A DNA stretch of 64,000 bases from Cyanophora paradoxa CCMP329 (taxonomy: Eukaryota; Plantae; Glaucophyta). The DNA lies in contig QPMI01000452.1 in assembly GCA_004431415.1 (NCBI GenBank), positions 124,001 through 188,000 of the forward strand, written 5' to 3'. Positions 26,518-39,088 of the stretch are shown piece after piece. A program made the translations under genes and the position numbers. Position 1 is the stretch's first letter, and each line of letters begins with the position of its first letter. A model generated the notes under the pieces. The model was not told where the DNA came from, did not search any database, and worked only from the letters and a program-made list of their open reading frames with translations.

Positions 26518-27410
26518 TGGACCGACGGGTGCGCACACTCGGCGAGCGGCGAGGATATATATTGAAGGGCCGCGGCCTGGATGGCGCGCACCTTGCTAAA
26601 AAGTTACTAAGTTAGCAGCTGGCGACGACGGCGAAGGCCTAGGCCGCGAAGCGCGCGGTGCGTGCAGTCAGTGCGCATGCGTGTTTCCGAAAGTTCGAAT
26701 TCGCGCAGCTCGGCGCGATGATCGCCGCGATGGTCCGACGGTCCGACTTGTCGGACAGTCGCCGAGTCGGAGACGACATTCGAAAGACTCGGAAGAGTCG
26801 GAAGTTCCTCGGAACCACCGCAAGGTCCGCAACTGGGCCTATAGCTACCAATTCAGTACCTACGACGGCGGCAATGGGGTACAGTAGCGTGCAGATTGCA
26901 TGTCGCGATCGATTTAAAGAAATTAAATCGAGTGATGTGATTCATCATATGAATTTGAAGTCGAAGCCGGCGCCTCGAAAAAGTCAAAACTCGAGCCGGT
27001 TGCAATTGGCAGTTCCCCCTTGCTGTCGGTATCCCCCCCTTGCTACCGGTACCCGTCGGATTGTCAGTTTGTCTGCTAGCGCGTGTTATAGCCAGCGCGC
27101 GCTATAGCTAGCGCGCGCTAGGCCGGAGACTCCGGACTCTAGACGCGGCGCGCGCGGCCACGAGCCTGCACTGCGGCAGCTGCGCGCGGATGCCTGCAAG
27201 GCTGTACGTCGCAGCGCCGGGCCGATGACGGCGGCCTTAATCAGACTCTCAGATCTAGATGCATATGGGCGGTCGCGGGACGCTGCCAGCTGAGCGGGAG
27301 TCTGCTGCGGGACGTCGACAGCGTGGAGGGCGCGCAGCGCCGGCTGCGCGCGATCGCTTGATGGGGCGGGCCGCCGGGCTGGGGGCGCGCAGCGGGCATA
27401 CGCAGCTGCG

Positions 27411-27590
27411 AGGCTCTCCGGGCGGGGCAGAGCTCGAGGCGGGGCGGAGGCACGAGGGGAGGCGGCGCGGCTCGCCGGGCGGGGCGGAGGCGCGGCGGGC
27501 GGCGGCGCCGGTCGTCGGGCGGCGGCGCGGCTCGCCGGGCGGAGCGGAGGCGCGGGCCGCGCGGCTCGCCGGGCGGGCGGAGGCACGGAA
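27411..27590 (+). repeat. Cluster of ~27-bp imperfect direct repeats in intergenic DNA
   Basis: gcgcggctcgccgggcgg(g/a)gcggaggc occurs three times, plus one degenerate copy. Confidence 0.75.
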
Positions 27591-27828
27591 GCTCGAAGGC
27601 GGCGCTGCCACCCGCCGCGCGGGGCGTACGGCCCAGTTGGGTTTGTTTAATTTATTCGCTCCCGGTGCACGGCCAGACCCTCGAAATAAGGATATAAGCA
27701 TCTTCGATTAGATTTGTACACATGAGTCCCAGCGGCGCGGGCCGTCACTCGGCAGACGCGCCGCCCGGGGCGGCTGTCAGCGGCGGCGGGGCTCGCTCCG
27801 CCGCGAGAAAGGGGTCTGGCGCTGCGCC

Positions 27829-30800
27829 CTACTTGATCCAGCCCATAGCCTTCTTGTAGCGCAGCTCCTCCTGCTCGCTGAGCATGTCCTGCGCGCCGCC
27901 GCCGTGAGCGGGGGGCGGAGGGTTCCGAGCCGATGCGCTCCGCCCTCACCTTCATCCAGTTGCCGGAGGACTGGCGCTTGCGGTAGCGCGGCTTCTGCTT
28001 GTTCGACACGCTCAGGAAGATCTCTGCCCCGAGGCGTCGGCGCGGGGCGGGAGAAGCGTGCAGGGGCGGGGGCGGGGGCGCGGGGCGGGAGAGGCGGGGC
28101 ATTGCGGACCCTCGAGGTTGCAGGAGGCGGTGACGGTGCGGCCGAAGATCTCGTCGGGGTCCATCGTCTGGTGGCGGAGGGCCTCGGCGAGGGAGGCGCC
28201 CTTGGCCCAGCCCGGCACGGTCTTCTTGCCCTTGCGCTTCGGCGCCGCCTCCTCCTCGCTCTCCGACCCGTCCTCGTCCGCGCTGTTGTCCGTCATCTCG
28301 TACTCGTCGTCCCGCGGGGCCGCCGGCGCCGCCGCGTGCGCGTGCGCCTGGTGCGACGCGTGCATGTGCGCGTACGGCGCCGGCAGCGGCGCCGCCGCCT
28401 GGTACGCCGGCGACGAGAGCCCGCCGCTGTAGATCGGCGGCGGGGGCATCAGGCCCGCCGAGGGCGCCAGCGGCTGCGGGGTCTTGGCCAGCGAGGGCGG
28501 AGGCGGCGGCGGCATGAGGGAGCCGCCGGCGACCGGCGGGGGCGTGGCGAGGGAGAAGCTGGGCGGCGGGGCCTGCGGGGTGTTGTACACCGGCTTCTGC
28601 AGGGCCGCCGGCGGGGGCGGGGGCGGGGGCGGGACGGAGGAGGAGGACGAGGAGGCGGCGGAGACGCCGTAGTTGTACGTGATGGGCTTGGTGCTCGGGA
28701 TGCCGGAGACGGGCTTGGGGGCGCCCGGCGCCAGGTTCTGGAGCTTGAAGCTGAGGGCCTCGGCGTGCATGCCGGCGCTCAGCTCGGAGGCCATCTTCGC
28801 TTGCTGCTCCTTCTGGCGCTGCTTCTCCTCGCGCCGCTTCCGGTCCTCCTCGTCCCGCCGCTTCTCCTCCTCCAGCTGCGCCCGCTTCGCCGCCGCCGCC
28901 TCCTCCTTCCGCTTGCGGTCGGCCTGCGCGTGGGCCGCGTGGGCGCGCGCTCGCCCCGGGGCGCGGCGGGGGCGGGCGGGCGGCGGACCTCGCGCTCCTC
29001 CATCTTGCGGCGCTCCTCGGCCTTCATGAAGGCGAGGCGCTCCTCCTGGCGCTTCTTCTCGAGGGCCGCCGCCTCCGCCTCCTCCGCCTCCCTCCGCCGC
29101 CGCGCCTCCTCCTCCGCCGCCTTCCGCATCTTCTCCTGCTGCGCCGCCGCCTGCTGCGCCAGCTGCGCCTTCCGCGCCTCCCGCTCCTGCCGCCGCTTCT
29201 CCTCCTCCTGCCGCCCCGCCGGCCCCGTCGGACGGGGCCAGGGAGAGGGGGGGCGGAGCTGTGCCCGCGACGCACCATCTTGGCCTTCTGCGCCTGCTCG
29301 ATGGCCTTGACCTTGACCTTGTCCTTGTTGTTGCCGGGCACCTGGCCCTGCTCCTTCGGCTTGTCCTGCCGCACCAGCGGGATGAACGACGAGATGCTCG
29401 AAACGAGGTTCGGGATCGCGTTGATCGCCTGCGCGCGGCGGGCCGGCTCGGAACCGCGGCGGGCCACGGGGCGGCGCGCGGGCGGGAGGGGGGGGAGGGG
29501 CGTGCCTTGGAGACGAAGTTCTCGCTCGAGGTGGAGGAGCGTGCGTCCTCCTCCTCGTTGCCGGCGTCGGCCTGCGACTCGTCCATCGCGCCCGTGTACT
29601 CGTCCTCCTCCTCGGCCATCGCCGCCTCCTCGTCCGTGTCCATGATCTCGATCATCTGCGCGCCCGCGGGGCTCGCCCGGGGCGCCGAGAGGGGCCGGGC
29701 CGGGCGGGGTGGGCAGGGCCCCAGCGAACCTCGGGCGCCGCGTTCTGCTGGGCGGCAAAGGCCGCCGCCTCGGCCTTCTCGCGCTTCCTGCGGGGAGCCG
29801 CGGTGAGCGGGGCGGAGCGAGAGGGGCCGGGGCGCGGGGTTGTGCGCACTGGCGCTCGTAGCTCTCGCGGGCCTTGCGCTCGATCTCCTCCTGCACGCGG
29901 CGCTCCTCCTCCTCCCGCCGGAGACGCTCCTCCTCCTCCCGCCGGCGGCGCTCCGCGGCGGCCGCCGCCTCGGCCTCGCGGCGAGCGCGCTCGGCGGCAG
30001 CAGCGGCCTCGGCCTCGCGGCGGACGCGCTCGGCGGCCGCAGCGGCCTCGGCCTCGCGGCGGCGGCGCTCCTCCTCCTCGCGGCGCTTCCGCTCAGCGGC
30101 CGCGGCCGCGGCGACCTCGGCGTCCCGGCGGGCGCGCTCCGCAGCCTCCGCCTCGCGGCGCTTGCGCTCCTCCTCCTCCTTGCGGCGGCGCTCGGCCGCG
30201 GCGGCCTCCTCCGCCTCGCGGCGGCGGCGCTCCTCCTCCTCGCGGCGCTTGCGCTCGGCGGCCGCGGCCTCCAGCACGCGGCGCTCCTCCTCCTCCCGGA
30301 CCTTCCGCTCGCGCTCGCGCTCGGCCGCCGCCTCCGCCTCCGCCGCCGCCTTCTTGCGCCGCTCCTCCTCCTCCTTCGCCTGCGCGCCAGACCCGTGAGC
30401 GGGGACTGGGCGGCGAGCGGCGGGGCGGGGGCGAGGCGGACCTTGCGGCGGCTGGCCTCGGCGGCCTCGGCCTCCTTGCGCTTGCGCTCCTCCTCCTCCT
30501 TCTGCTTGCGGGCGGCCTCCTCGGCCTCCTTCTTCTTGCGCTCCGCCGCCTCGGCCTCCTCGCGCTCCCGCTGCTCCTTCTCCTTCGCCTCCTTCTCCTT
30601 CTTCTTGCGCTCCGCCTCCGCCTCCGCCGCGGCCGCGGCGGCCTCCTCCTCGGCCTGCTCCTTCTTGCGGTCCTTCTTGGGCTTCTCCTCCTCCTCGCGG
30701 CGGCGGGCGTCCTCCTTCTCCTTGGCGGCCTTCTGGGCGCGGGTCATGCGCGCCGGCTCCTTGTCGGACGAGGAGCCCTCCTTGCCCGACTGCGCCTCGA

Positions 30801-31953
30801 ACGAGCTGACCAGCGCCTTGACCTTCGCCATCGCCGACGGCACCGGCACCGCCTCCTCCTGCGCCGCCGGCTCCTCCGACGGCGCCGGCTTGGCCGCCGT
30901 CACGTTCTTCTTCGGGCGGCCGCGGGGCCGCGGGGCCGGCTTCTCCGCATCGGCAGCCGGCTCCGGCTCGACCTCCGCCGCCTCGACCTGGCTCTTCTCC
31001 AGCCAGGCCTGCACCGCCGCCTTCTTGCTGACCTTCTTCTCCAGAGCGAGCGCCTCCGCCTTCGCCGCCGGCTCCCGCTTGGAGCCCTCGGCTTCCGAGG
31101 CGTCCGTATCCTCGTTCTCGCGCTCCTTCTCCTTCGCCGGCTCCGGGGCCGCCGCCTTGGTCGACGCCGACGCCGACTTCGGGAGCGGGGGCGGCGGCGG
31201 CAGCATCTTCTCCTTCGGAGCCGGCGCCTTCTCCTCCTTCTCGGTCTCCTTCGCGGCAGCCTTGGCCGGCGCCTTCTTCTCCTCGTCCTTCTTGGTCGCC
31301 GCGGCCGGCGCCTCCTCTTCCGCAGCGTCTGACTTGTTCTTCTTCCGCTCCGGCTCCTGGTTCGCCGTCGCCGCGGCGATGTGCTTCTCGTCCTCCGACT
31401 TGCGCTTCGCCGGCAGCTTCTTCACGCCCTCCGTCGGCGAGGTCGTCAAGGTGTTCGCTGACTGCGCCTGAAGCGCCTGGCGGGCCTTCTGAGCCGCCTG
31501 CCGGCTGGGACGCCGGAAAGACGGAGTTGACGCCATGGCAATCGCGTTCTCCTTGTCAGCTGCGGTCTGCGTGGCACGGTCGAAGTCGCGGTTAGCAACG
31601 TTCGCATGCGACCGGCCCGGCGCGGCCGGGCCGCCCTAGGACGAGAGAGGCGCACGATGATGCCGAGACGCCTTAGCTCACGAGACTTCTTGGTAGAGGG
31701 AGCAACGGCAAGGGCAGCTACCTCGGATCTGCGCAGTCAAGGGTGCAAATCGTCGGTCCGCGTCCCGCACCGCGCGCGGGCTGTCCCAACGGTCTATCAC
31801 GCACTTATTCAGGTCCTTCTTGGTCTCCTGCATGGTGTCCCGCAGCCAGATCACCTGCTCCTGGTAGAAGTTCTCCACCTCGGCCTCCCGCTTGTCCGCG
31901 ACCGCCTTGAGCTGCTCCACGATGTTGACGATGCTGCTCTTTGCGCTCGCCAT
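27829..31953 (-). CDS. INCENP: Inner centromere protein (chromosomal passenger complex scaffold), ~11 exons
   Basis: C-terminal IN-box VPGWAKGASLAEALRHQTMDPDEIFG...CNLEEIF...RYRKRQSSGNW (Aurora-B-binding, RxSS motif). Long E/R/A single-alpha-helix region. N-terminal helix MASAKSSIV...EQVIWLRDTMQE. Last exon DMLSEQEELRYKKAMGWIK*. Confidence 0.92.
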
Positions 31954-32030
31954 GCTGCTGCTGCTGCTCCGCCGCCCGCTAACGCGGAGGCCGGCCTACC
32001 TGCTTCGCCGGGCAAAAAAAGAGAACGGTC
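31788..32030. promoter_or_regulatory. Two MSA-like AACGGTC elements around the INCENP start
   Basis: cccAACGGTCt at 31788-31794 (intron 1) and gagAACGGTCt at 32024-32030 (upstream). AACGG is the core of plant M-phase-specific activator elements. Confidence 0.35.
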
Positions 32031-32473
32031 TCCTCGGGGGTACAGTCTAACTTCAGCTAGCCGGCGAACTTGCTTCGCACGAGCGCGCGCTGATGCGCAT
32101 ACGGTACTCTACGCGCTTGTACGCGCAACGTACATGCGTCTTGTGCTTCGCAGCGCGCGCCTCAGGTCCGCTCAGCGGCTCGCATCAGGCCGTCGCGCGT
32201 TCAGCGTGCAGTCGTCTTCCGCGAGATGCTAGTTGTAGCTTGCCACTGAGCGCTTGCATGCATCATGTGCGTGCGCTGCACTAGCAAGGCGCGCCGCGTC
32301 GCGTCCGATCGTTCAATTCGGCCCGACTCGGCTGCCCTTCCCGTCGCCGCTATGTGTAAGTGTGTCGGCTGGTATGGACAATAGGTTCACCAACATACAT
32401 CGCTCGCAGCGCTGAGCTATGGTGCGGCCAGGGACTCCCCTAAGCCCAATTGCAATCAGCGCACCCGCCCGCC

Positions 32474-35375
32474 TCAGCCCATCGCCTCGAGCTTGGCGAT
32501 GATGTCGGCGAAGGAGGGGCGCGCCTCCGGCTTCCCGTCCCAGCAGGCCTGCGCAAGGATCAGCCCGAGCCGAGCCGCCGGCTTCGACGAGGCCCGCGGG
32601 GCGCCGGCGCGCCTTGATCAGCTCCGCGAACTTGGGCGGGCAGCTGGCGGGGATGGGCGGCCGCAGGTTCTTCTCCACCACGCCGTACGCGATCTGGCGG
32701 CGGGCGGCCCGGCGCGCTCAGCGGCGGCGCGGGCGGGCGAGGCGCGGGCCGCAAGAGCGCGCCTGCAGGGCGTTCAGGCCGGCGTAGGGCAGGTCCCTCG
32801 AGACGACCTCCCAGAGGCAGATGCCTGCCGGGCACGCCGCTCAAGGCTTGCACAGAGGGGAGGGGGGTGGCGGGACGCACCGAACGAGAAGACGTCGGCC
32901 TTCTCCCCGTACCGGCTCGACGAGATCACCTCCGGGGCCATCCACTGCGGCGAAAGTGAGCGGGGCCGGGGAGGGGGGGGGGGGGACGGGGCCGGGCACC
33001 GGGTACGTGCCCGTGACGCCCGTCATGGTCGTGTTGCTGGAGACGATCCGCGAGAGGCCAAAGTCGGAGACCTGAGAGGGGGGCCGGGCGGGGGGCGGGC
33101 CGCGGTCAGCCGGGCGGGCGGGAAGGCGGGCCCCTCCCCCCCTCCCCGGGGCGCGCCTTGACTTCGAAGTTGGGCCCCACGAGGAGGTTCATGCTCTTCA
33201 GGTCGCGGTGCACGATCGGCGGCCTGCCGCGCCCCGCCCCCGGGTCAGCGCCGGGCTGCCCGGGCCGAGCGGGGGCCGCGGGCGCGCTTGCAGAGGTGGA
33301 GGTAGTTCAGGCCCCGCGCGGCGTCCTTCGCCATCCGCAGCTGCGTCGCCCAGTCCTGCCCGCCCGCCCGCCCCGCTCCGGCTCGGCGGGCGCTCCGGAG
33401 GGGAAAGAGGGGGCGGCGGGGGCGCACCAGGGCGATCGACTTGTTCAGGAGGACGTCCGTGAGGGAGCCTGGCGGGGGCGCCTCGGGAGGCGAATGCAGA
33501 GCGCGCGCGTGGGGGGTACGGCACCCCGCGGCATGTACTCCGTCACGATGTAGATCTCGGGGGGTACGGTGGAGCTGCGCGAGGCCGTCGGAGAAGGTGT
33601 GGGGGAGGGAACGGGAGGGCGGTACGCACGCTCCCATGAAGAGGATGATGTTCGGGTGCCGCAGCTTCCTGCGCCGGCCGCGAGTCACGGCCCAGGCGCG
33701 AGCGAGAAAGGGGCCCGCGGGGATTCGAACCGCATGACGTCGACCTCCGATCGGAAGGCGTGCATGATGGCCTCGTCGCACTTGACGAAGCGCAGCTTCT
33801 TGGCGGCCACCTGCGTACCCCGGAAGAGCGACCGGTACACCTGGGGTGAAGGGCGGCGAAGGGGTACGAGCGATTAGAATCTCGCCGCGGCGGCGGGGGG
33901 TACGCGCGAGGGCGGCTCGCCTTCCCGAGGCCGCCCTCCCCGATCTTGTCGTAGAGGCGGATCTCGCTCGCGTCGATCTCCCTGGGGGTACGGCGCTCAG
34001 GGCAGGGGGGGAGGGCGAGGCGGGGCGGCCGGGCCGTGCACCAGTCGGCGGGGCCGGAGGAGGGCGCGGGCGTGGCGGGCGGCGGGTGGGAGGGGGACGC
34101 CGCGGGCGGCGCGACGGAGGACCCAGGGGGCGCGTTCTGGGCCCCTGCGCGGCGAGAGGTCGCACGCGGGCCGCGCCTGAGGGGAGGGGGGGGGGGTACG
34201 GCGCGCACGGTGGACGGCGAGGACGCCCCTGAGCTCCGGGGGCGCGATGGAGACGGGGGACTGGCCGGACTTGTTGACGGCGTTCACGTCGCTGCCGCGG
34301 CTCACGAGCGCCGCAACCACGTTCCCGTGCTTGTTCTTCGACGCGTAGTGCAGCGGCGTGTTCCCGTCCTGCCCGCCCAGCCCGCCCCGCGTCCCCCGTG
34401 AGCCGGCCGCGGGGCGGGGCGGAGCCGGGCCGAGCGGGCCCCGCGCGTGTCCGAACCTTGTTCTTGGCGTTGGAGGAGGCTCCGTGCTGGAGCAGGGTGA
34501 TGGCGATGGACTCGTGGCCCTTGGAGGCCGACCAGTGGAGCGCTGTGTCGCCGTCCGTCGAGCCGGCTGCGGGAAGGGCGCTCGCCCGGACCGGGGAGGG
34601 GGGCGCGGGAGGCGGTGGGGAGGGTACAGCCCACCATCGACGAGACACTTGCAGAGGAGGGACACGACGGCCTCGTGGCTGCGGCGGGGCGCGGGCTTCG
34701 CGCGGGATCGGGGCACGGGGGCACGGGGCGGGGCGGACCCGCGGAGGGCGGCGAGGTGCAGCGGGGTGCAACCCAGCTGCTTGTCCCGCACGTTCGGGTT
34801 GCACTGCGCTCCGATAAAGAGGTCCACCAGGGCCAGGTGCCCGTTCTGCGCCGCCCTGCGCGCGGCGTTCGGTGCAGCACGACGCGGCCCGGCTGGCCGG
34901 CCCGGCGGCCCCGCACATGTGCATGGGCGTAAATCCATCCGCGTCGCGAAGGTCAGGCTGCGATTCGAACGGGTGAGGCGAGCCTGACGCGCGCGGGCCG
35001 CCCAACGCACGTCGGCCCCGAGGCGAATGAGGGTCTCCGCGGCCGAGCGCTTCCCGCTTTCAGCGGCGCGATGCATTGGCGTCTTCTTCCGATCGTCACG
35101 CACGTTCACGTCGAGCTTGTGCTGGCCGCACAGCAGCTCGATGACCTGGCGACGCGTCAAGGGGAGCTCGGGGCACGGCGGGCGAGCGTTGAAACCTTGT
35201 CCTGGCCCGCTCGAGCGGCTGCATGCAGCAGCGTCTCCCCGTTCGCGGGGCTTGACTGATTCGCTTTGGCTACCCAGCGCGCTTGCGGGTCGACCTGCTT
35301 CGTGCTGATCAGTCCACCCAGGCCCGCTGCGTCTCCCTTTGCTGCACAATCCCAAGCTTTCTCGACCCCTGCCAT
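32474..35375 (-). CDS. Ankyrin-repeat TKL (Raf-like MAP3K) Ser/Thr kinase, ~20 exons
   Basis: About six ankyrin repeats (GETLLHAAA, KTPMHRAA, GFTPMHMAA, GCTPLHLAA, GDTALHWSA, GNTPLHYAS). Kinase motifs IGEGGLGKV, VAAKKL, LRHPNIILFMG, HRDLKSMN, DFG, GTYPWMAPE, DVFSFGI, RPSF. Stop at 32476-32474. Confidence 0.95.
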
Positions 35376-35951
35376 GCTCTGGCTATATCGCAGGCAGCGT
35401 TCGACTGGCCGGGGTACACGCAAATAAAGCACCACGGCGGCGTGACGGCGCACGCCGGCGCCGTATACGTACGTGCACCGTGGCACCGGCCACTGGACAT
35501 GTGTGGATGCGGCGCCGGCGCCCGCGCCGCGCGCCGCCGGGCCGGCGGGCATGCGCGCTGTGCTGCATGCGCAGCTGCAGTGTCGATCGCTGTGCACGTG
35601 GATCGGACGACGGCGCGGCGCGCGAGGGTGGCACTGCGGCATATCTGCAGCTGCATGCTTCCGAGTTCTGCAGCTGTATGCGCGCGCACTCCGCGCACTA
35701 TGGTCTGCGGCCGGATCCGCAAAGTGGCCATGGTTCTGTTATATTAGGCAGAAATGATCGTTTGTCTGTGGACTCTGTGCTAGGTAGCGCTCACATGCTA
35801 TGATAGCTTAAGCTATAGGTCTACTTATATACCGTAGCCTAATTCATATTCAAACTCTCAGGGTCTATTGAAAAGTACAATCAGCTGCATGAAAAATTAC
35901 ATGCAAATAATCAAAACCAACGCCGTCGAGTTCCAACGTGAATCTAGGCAT

Positions 35952-38900
35952 TCATGCCAAGACCTCGTACGCGTCGGGGAAAACATAAGAGTAGATGTTG
36001 CTGTATCTGTACAGTGTCAGGAAAGGGATCGTTGTGCTGGCGCAGAACATCATCGCGATAGTGAGCCAGTGCCTCCGCAGCACCTGCGGCCCCGCGGGCG
36101 CTCAGCAGGCCGCGGGGAGGGCGGGGGCGGCTTCTGCTCGCGTACCCCCCACGAGGAGGCGAGGCCGAGCTTCTCTTTCAGATCCGGGACGATCCAGCTG
36201 ACCACCTGCGCCTTGGTCAGACAGAGTACCCCGGGAGAAAAAGGGGGGTACGGGCGGGCCTGGAAGACGAGGAGGAGGCCGGCGTGCGCCGCCGCCGAGA
36301 TCCCCGTCGTCTGGCCGCGCAGCAGCGGTCGGTCAGGATTCGATGGGGGCTGGCAAAGATCGGGTTTGGAGGGCACCGCCATGGCGGCGGCGAAGGAGCC
36401 CTCGTCAAAGGTGACGGGGGAGAAGGGGAAGGATGTGTGGGCGGGGCCCCAGCGGGCGACGCAGATGCCGACGGCGAACGTCGCGCAGCCGACCCAGCAC
36501 GCGATCGCGTTAAGCACCAGCATCGACCTGCAGCGACGACGGCGCGTTCATCATCGTCATCACGGCCAGCGGCCGGCCGGCGCGGGCTGCGCGCGCGCGG
36601 ACCTCACGCCGGTCTGGAAGGCGTGCAGAGCGACGCCGGCCTCGGACTCCGTGTCTTCCCGATCCCCGTCGTCGTCGTCGTCGAGGTGGGCGGGGCCGGC
36701 GAGCACGAAGGAGGAGACGGAGGTGGAGGTGGGCGGCGCGGGGCCCTCGGTGGCGCAGCCGCCGCCGGCCAGCGTGGGGCCGGACAGGAACGGCGAGGCG
36801 CGCGCCGCCGGCCGCTCGTCCTCCAGGTCCCCGCGCCAGCGGACGCGGAAGGTGGACGAGCCGGCCCCGGCCCCGCCCTCGAGCTCCGCCGAGGACGACG
36901 AGGGCGTCTCCCCGGGCGGGGCGGGGGGCGTGACCCGCAGCGTGCGGGGCCCGGGCCCGGAGGACAGCCCCGCCGCGCGCGCAGGGGCCGGTGCCGTCGC
37001 CCCCCTGTCTCGTAAGCGGCGCGCCAGGAACTTGAACTGCGGGGCGGGCGTTGGGCCGCGCCGGGCGGGGGCGCCCGGGGCGGGCGGACCTGTCTGAGGA
37101 CGGGGCGGCCGAAGCGGTCGGCGAGGAGGGAGGCGGGGAAGGTGACGGCGAGCAGCTCCAGCACCAGCGACACCGCAAACACCTCCAGGCTCCGCACCTG
37201 CCCCCCGCGCGCACGGACGGTTACGCGGCATTGCTGTGCCGCAGCGCGGCCAAGGTGGCGCGCGGACCCGAAAGTAGCAGAGCTGGCGGAATACACGGAG
37301 CCTGGTAAGGGATTGCAGAATAAAGATCGTGAGGGCGTCCCCGTTCGGCAGGGCCTGGTAGATCTGGGGGGTACAGAGATAAGGCGGGGCGTCGAAGGGG
37401 TTTGAAGGCGCGAGCGAACCTTCCGCCCTATATAGCGCAACTGGACGGCCATGAGAAGGTACGAGAGGACACTCGTCACGATGTTGATCGCGATCTGGGG
37501 GTACATCGTTTCATGGAGGGGAGAGGAGAGAAGGACGAAGGCGAAGGGGGGTACCTGGGCCGAGGCAGTAGACACCGCCTTCGGAAGCGAAGGAGGGTGG
37601 GTCAAGGGAAGACTCTGAGAAGGCAGCGGGGAGGGGAGGGGGTAACGGCCGCACGGAGAACACGAAGAGGTACCTGCGGGGGGCGTGAGCCGAGGTGGAG
37701 CGGGGTACAGAGCTCGAGAAGGCGAGAGGGGCGCGCACAGGACTGGCATCATGTAGATGACGAGTGAGACGACCGCGAGGCGGCGGAAGTAGAAGTTCTT
37801 GTCCCCCGGGCGCCTGCTCCTGCGCCGGGGCCGGCGTGGGCGGGGCGCGGGGGCGGGGGGCGGAGGGGCGGGGGTACCGGGCGAGCGGAGGGCCTCCTGG
37901 AGGGACTTGGCGTCGGCGAGGCCGTCCTCCGCCTGCACCTGCGCCCGCCTCAGCGCAGGCTGCAGGGCCCCGCGGGGGGGGGGGGGGGGGGGGGGCGGGG
38001 CGGGCGGGGCGGGCGGACCCGGGCGGCGAGCCGCCGCAGCCGGAAGGCGTGGAACCGCGAGTTCACCTGAGCGGCGCCCTCGGCAAGGGCGCGAGGGCCG
38101 GGCGCGGGGAGGGGGGCCGGCGACCTGGCCCGTGATGATGATGTTCACGACGCCGACCGCGGCGTAACAGAAGGGGACGCGCGAGAGGTCGACCGCGGCG
38201 TTGGCGGCGACGAAGATCCCGATGCCGAAGCCAAAGCCGATCTGCGGGGCTTTCGGATCGAATTCGCGGAGGCGGCGCGGGGCGCGATCGGCGCACGAGG
38301 GGCCAGGTGAAGGCGATGTGCCTCCAATCGCATTGCGCGTACAGTTGGAACTGGGACATCGAGTTGGGTACAGAACCCAGGGCGACTGCAGCGTACACTG
38401 GTCACGGAAGCCAGGCGAGTGGGGGGGGGGGGGGGGGGGGGGGGGGTGAGGGGGGCGGAGGGGGAGGGGGGGATGCACCGCAGGCTGCAAAGGCGGCGAC
38501 GCGGGGGATGTGGCTCGCTGTCTCATTGTAGGGAATGATCATCTTGCGGTCGAAGTCAGCTGCGGGCAGGTCTAGAGACAAGCGGTCGCGTCCAAGCAGG
38601 CTCACCTGGACCACTGCCACTGCCATCGGCGCCTGCGATGCAAGTGAGATGGGACGACCGACTGCAGGGCGGCCCGGTGGGGCGCAGACCAGTGTGACCA
38701 GCAGAAGCGCCCGCAGGGTGGCGCCGGCGGAGGCGGCGACGGCGGGGGCGCTCTCCACGGCGCTCCGCAGCAGTCGGCTGGATCGCGAGGCGATGCGGCT
38801 TATCGACGAGCGGGGGGAGCCCAGGTGGCTCATTTTGTCCGCTCCAGTCTGCTCGGCGTGCTGCTGGCCAGCTCCAGCTGCAGCGGCAAACGGGCTGAGC

Positions 38901-39088
38901 CCGTCCCCGTCCGACTCGCGCGGCGGCCCCGCAAGCGTCACCCCCAACCAGGGCGCCGGCGTCGAAGGCCCAGCCTCCAACGACCCGCCTCCACGAGGCG
39001 AGACGAGAGGCGATTCCGGCGCCGGCCCCGCGACGCGCACCGCCTGAAGGGGCGGCAGGCGGTTCTTGGCTGCTGCTGACGTATGCAT
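35952..39088 (-). CDS. Multi-pass membrane protein of unknown family, paralog 1 (~17 exons)
   Basis: Start MHTSAAAKNRLPPL. Hydrophobic exons shared with paralogs 2 and 3 (SMSQFQLYAQCDWRHIAFTWPL; VRSLEVFAVSLVLELLAVTFP; VLRRHWLTIAMMF...YSNIY). About 11-12 TM segments by eye. Confidence 0.85.

Noticed and set aside
27904-31471. Long plus-strand ORFs (468, 509 and 543 aa)
   Set aside because: They are antisense shadows of GC-rich, low-complexity INCENP exons, with no domains or splice logic of their own.
28012-31536. 1174-aa ORF as the full protein
   Set aside because: It reads through stop-free GC-rich introns and changes frame relative to the true exons. The spliced INCENP model spans 27829-31953.
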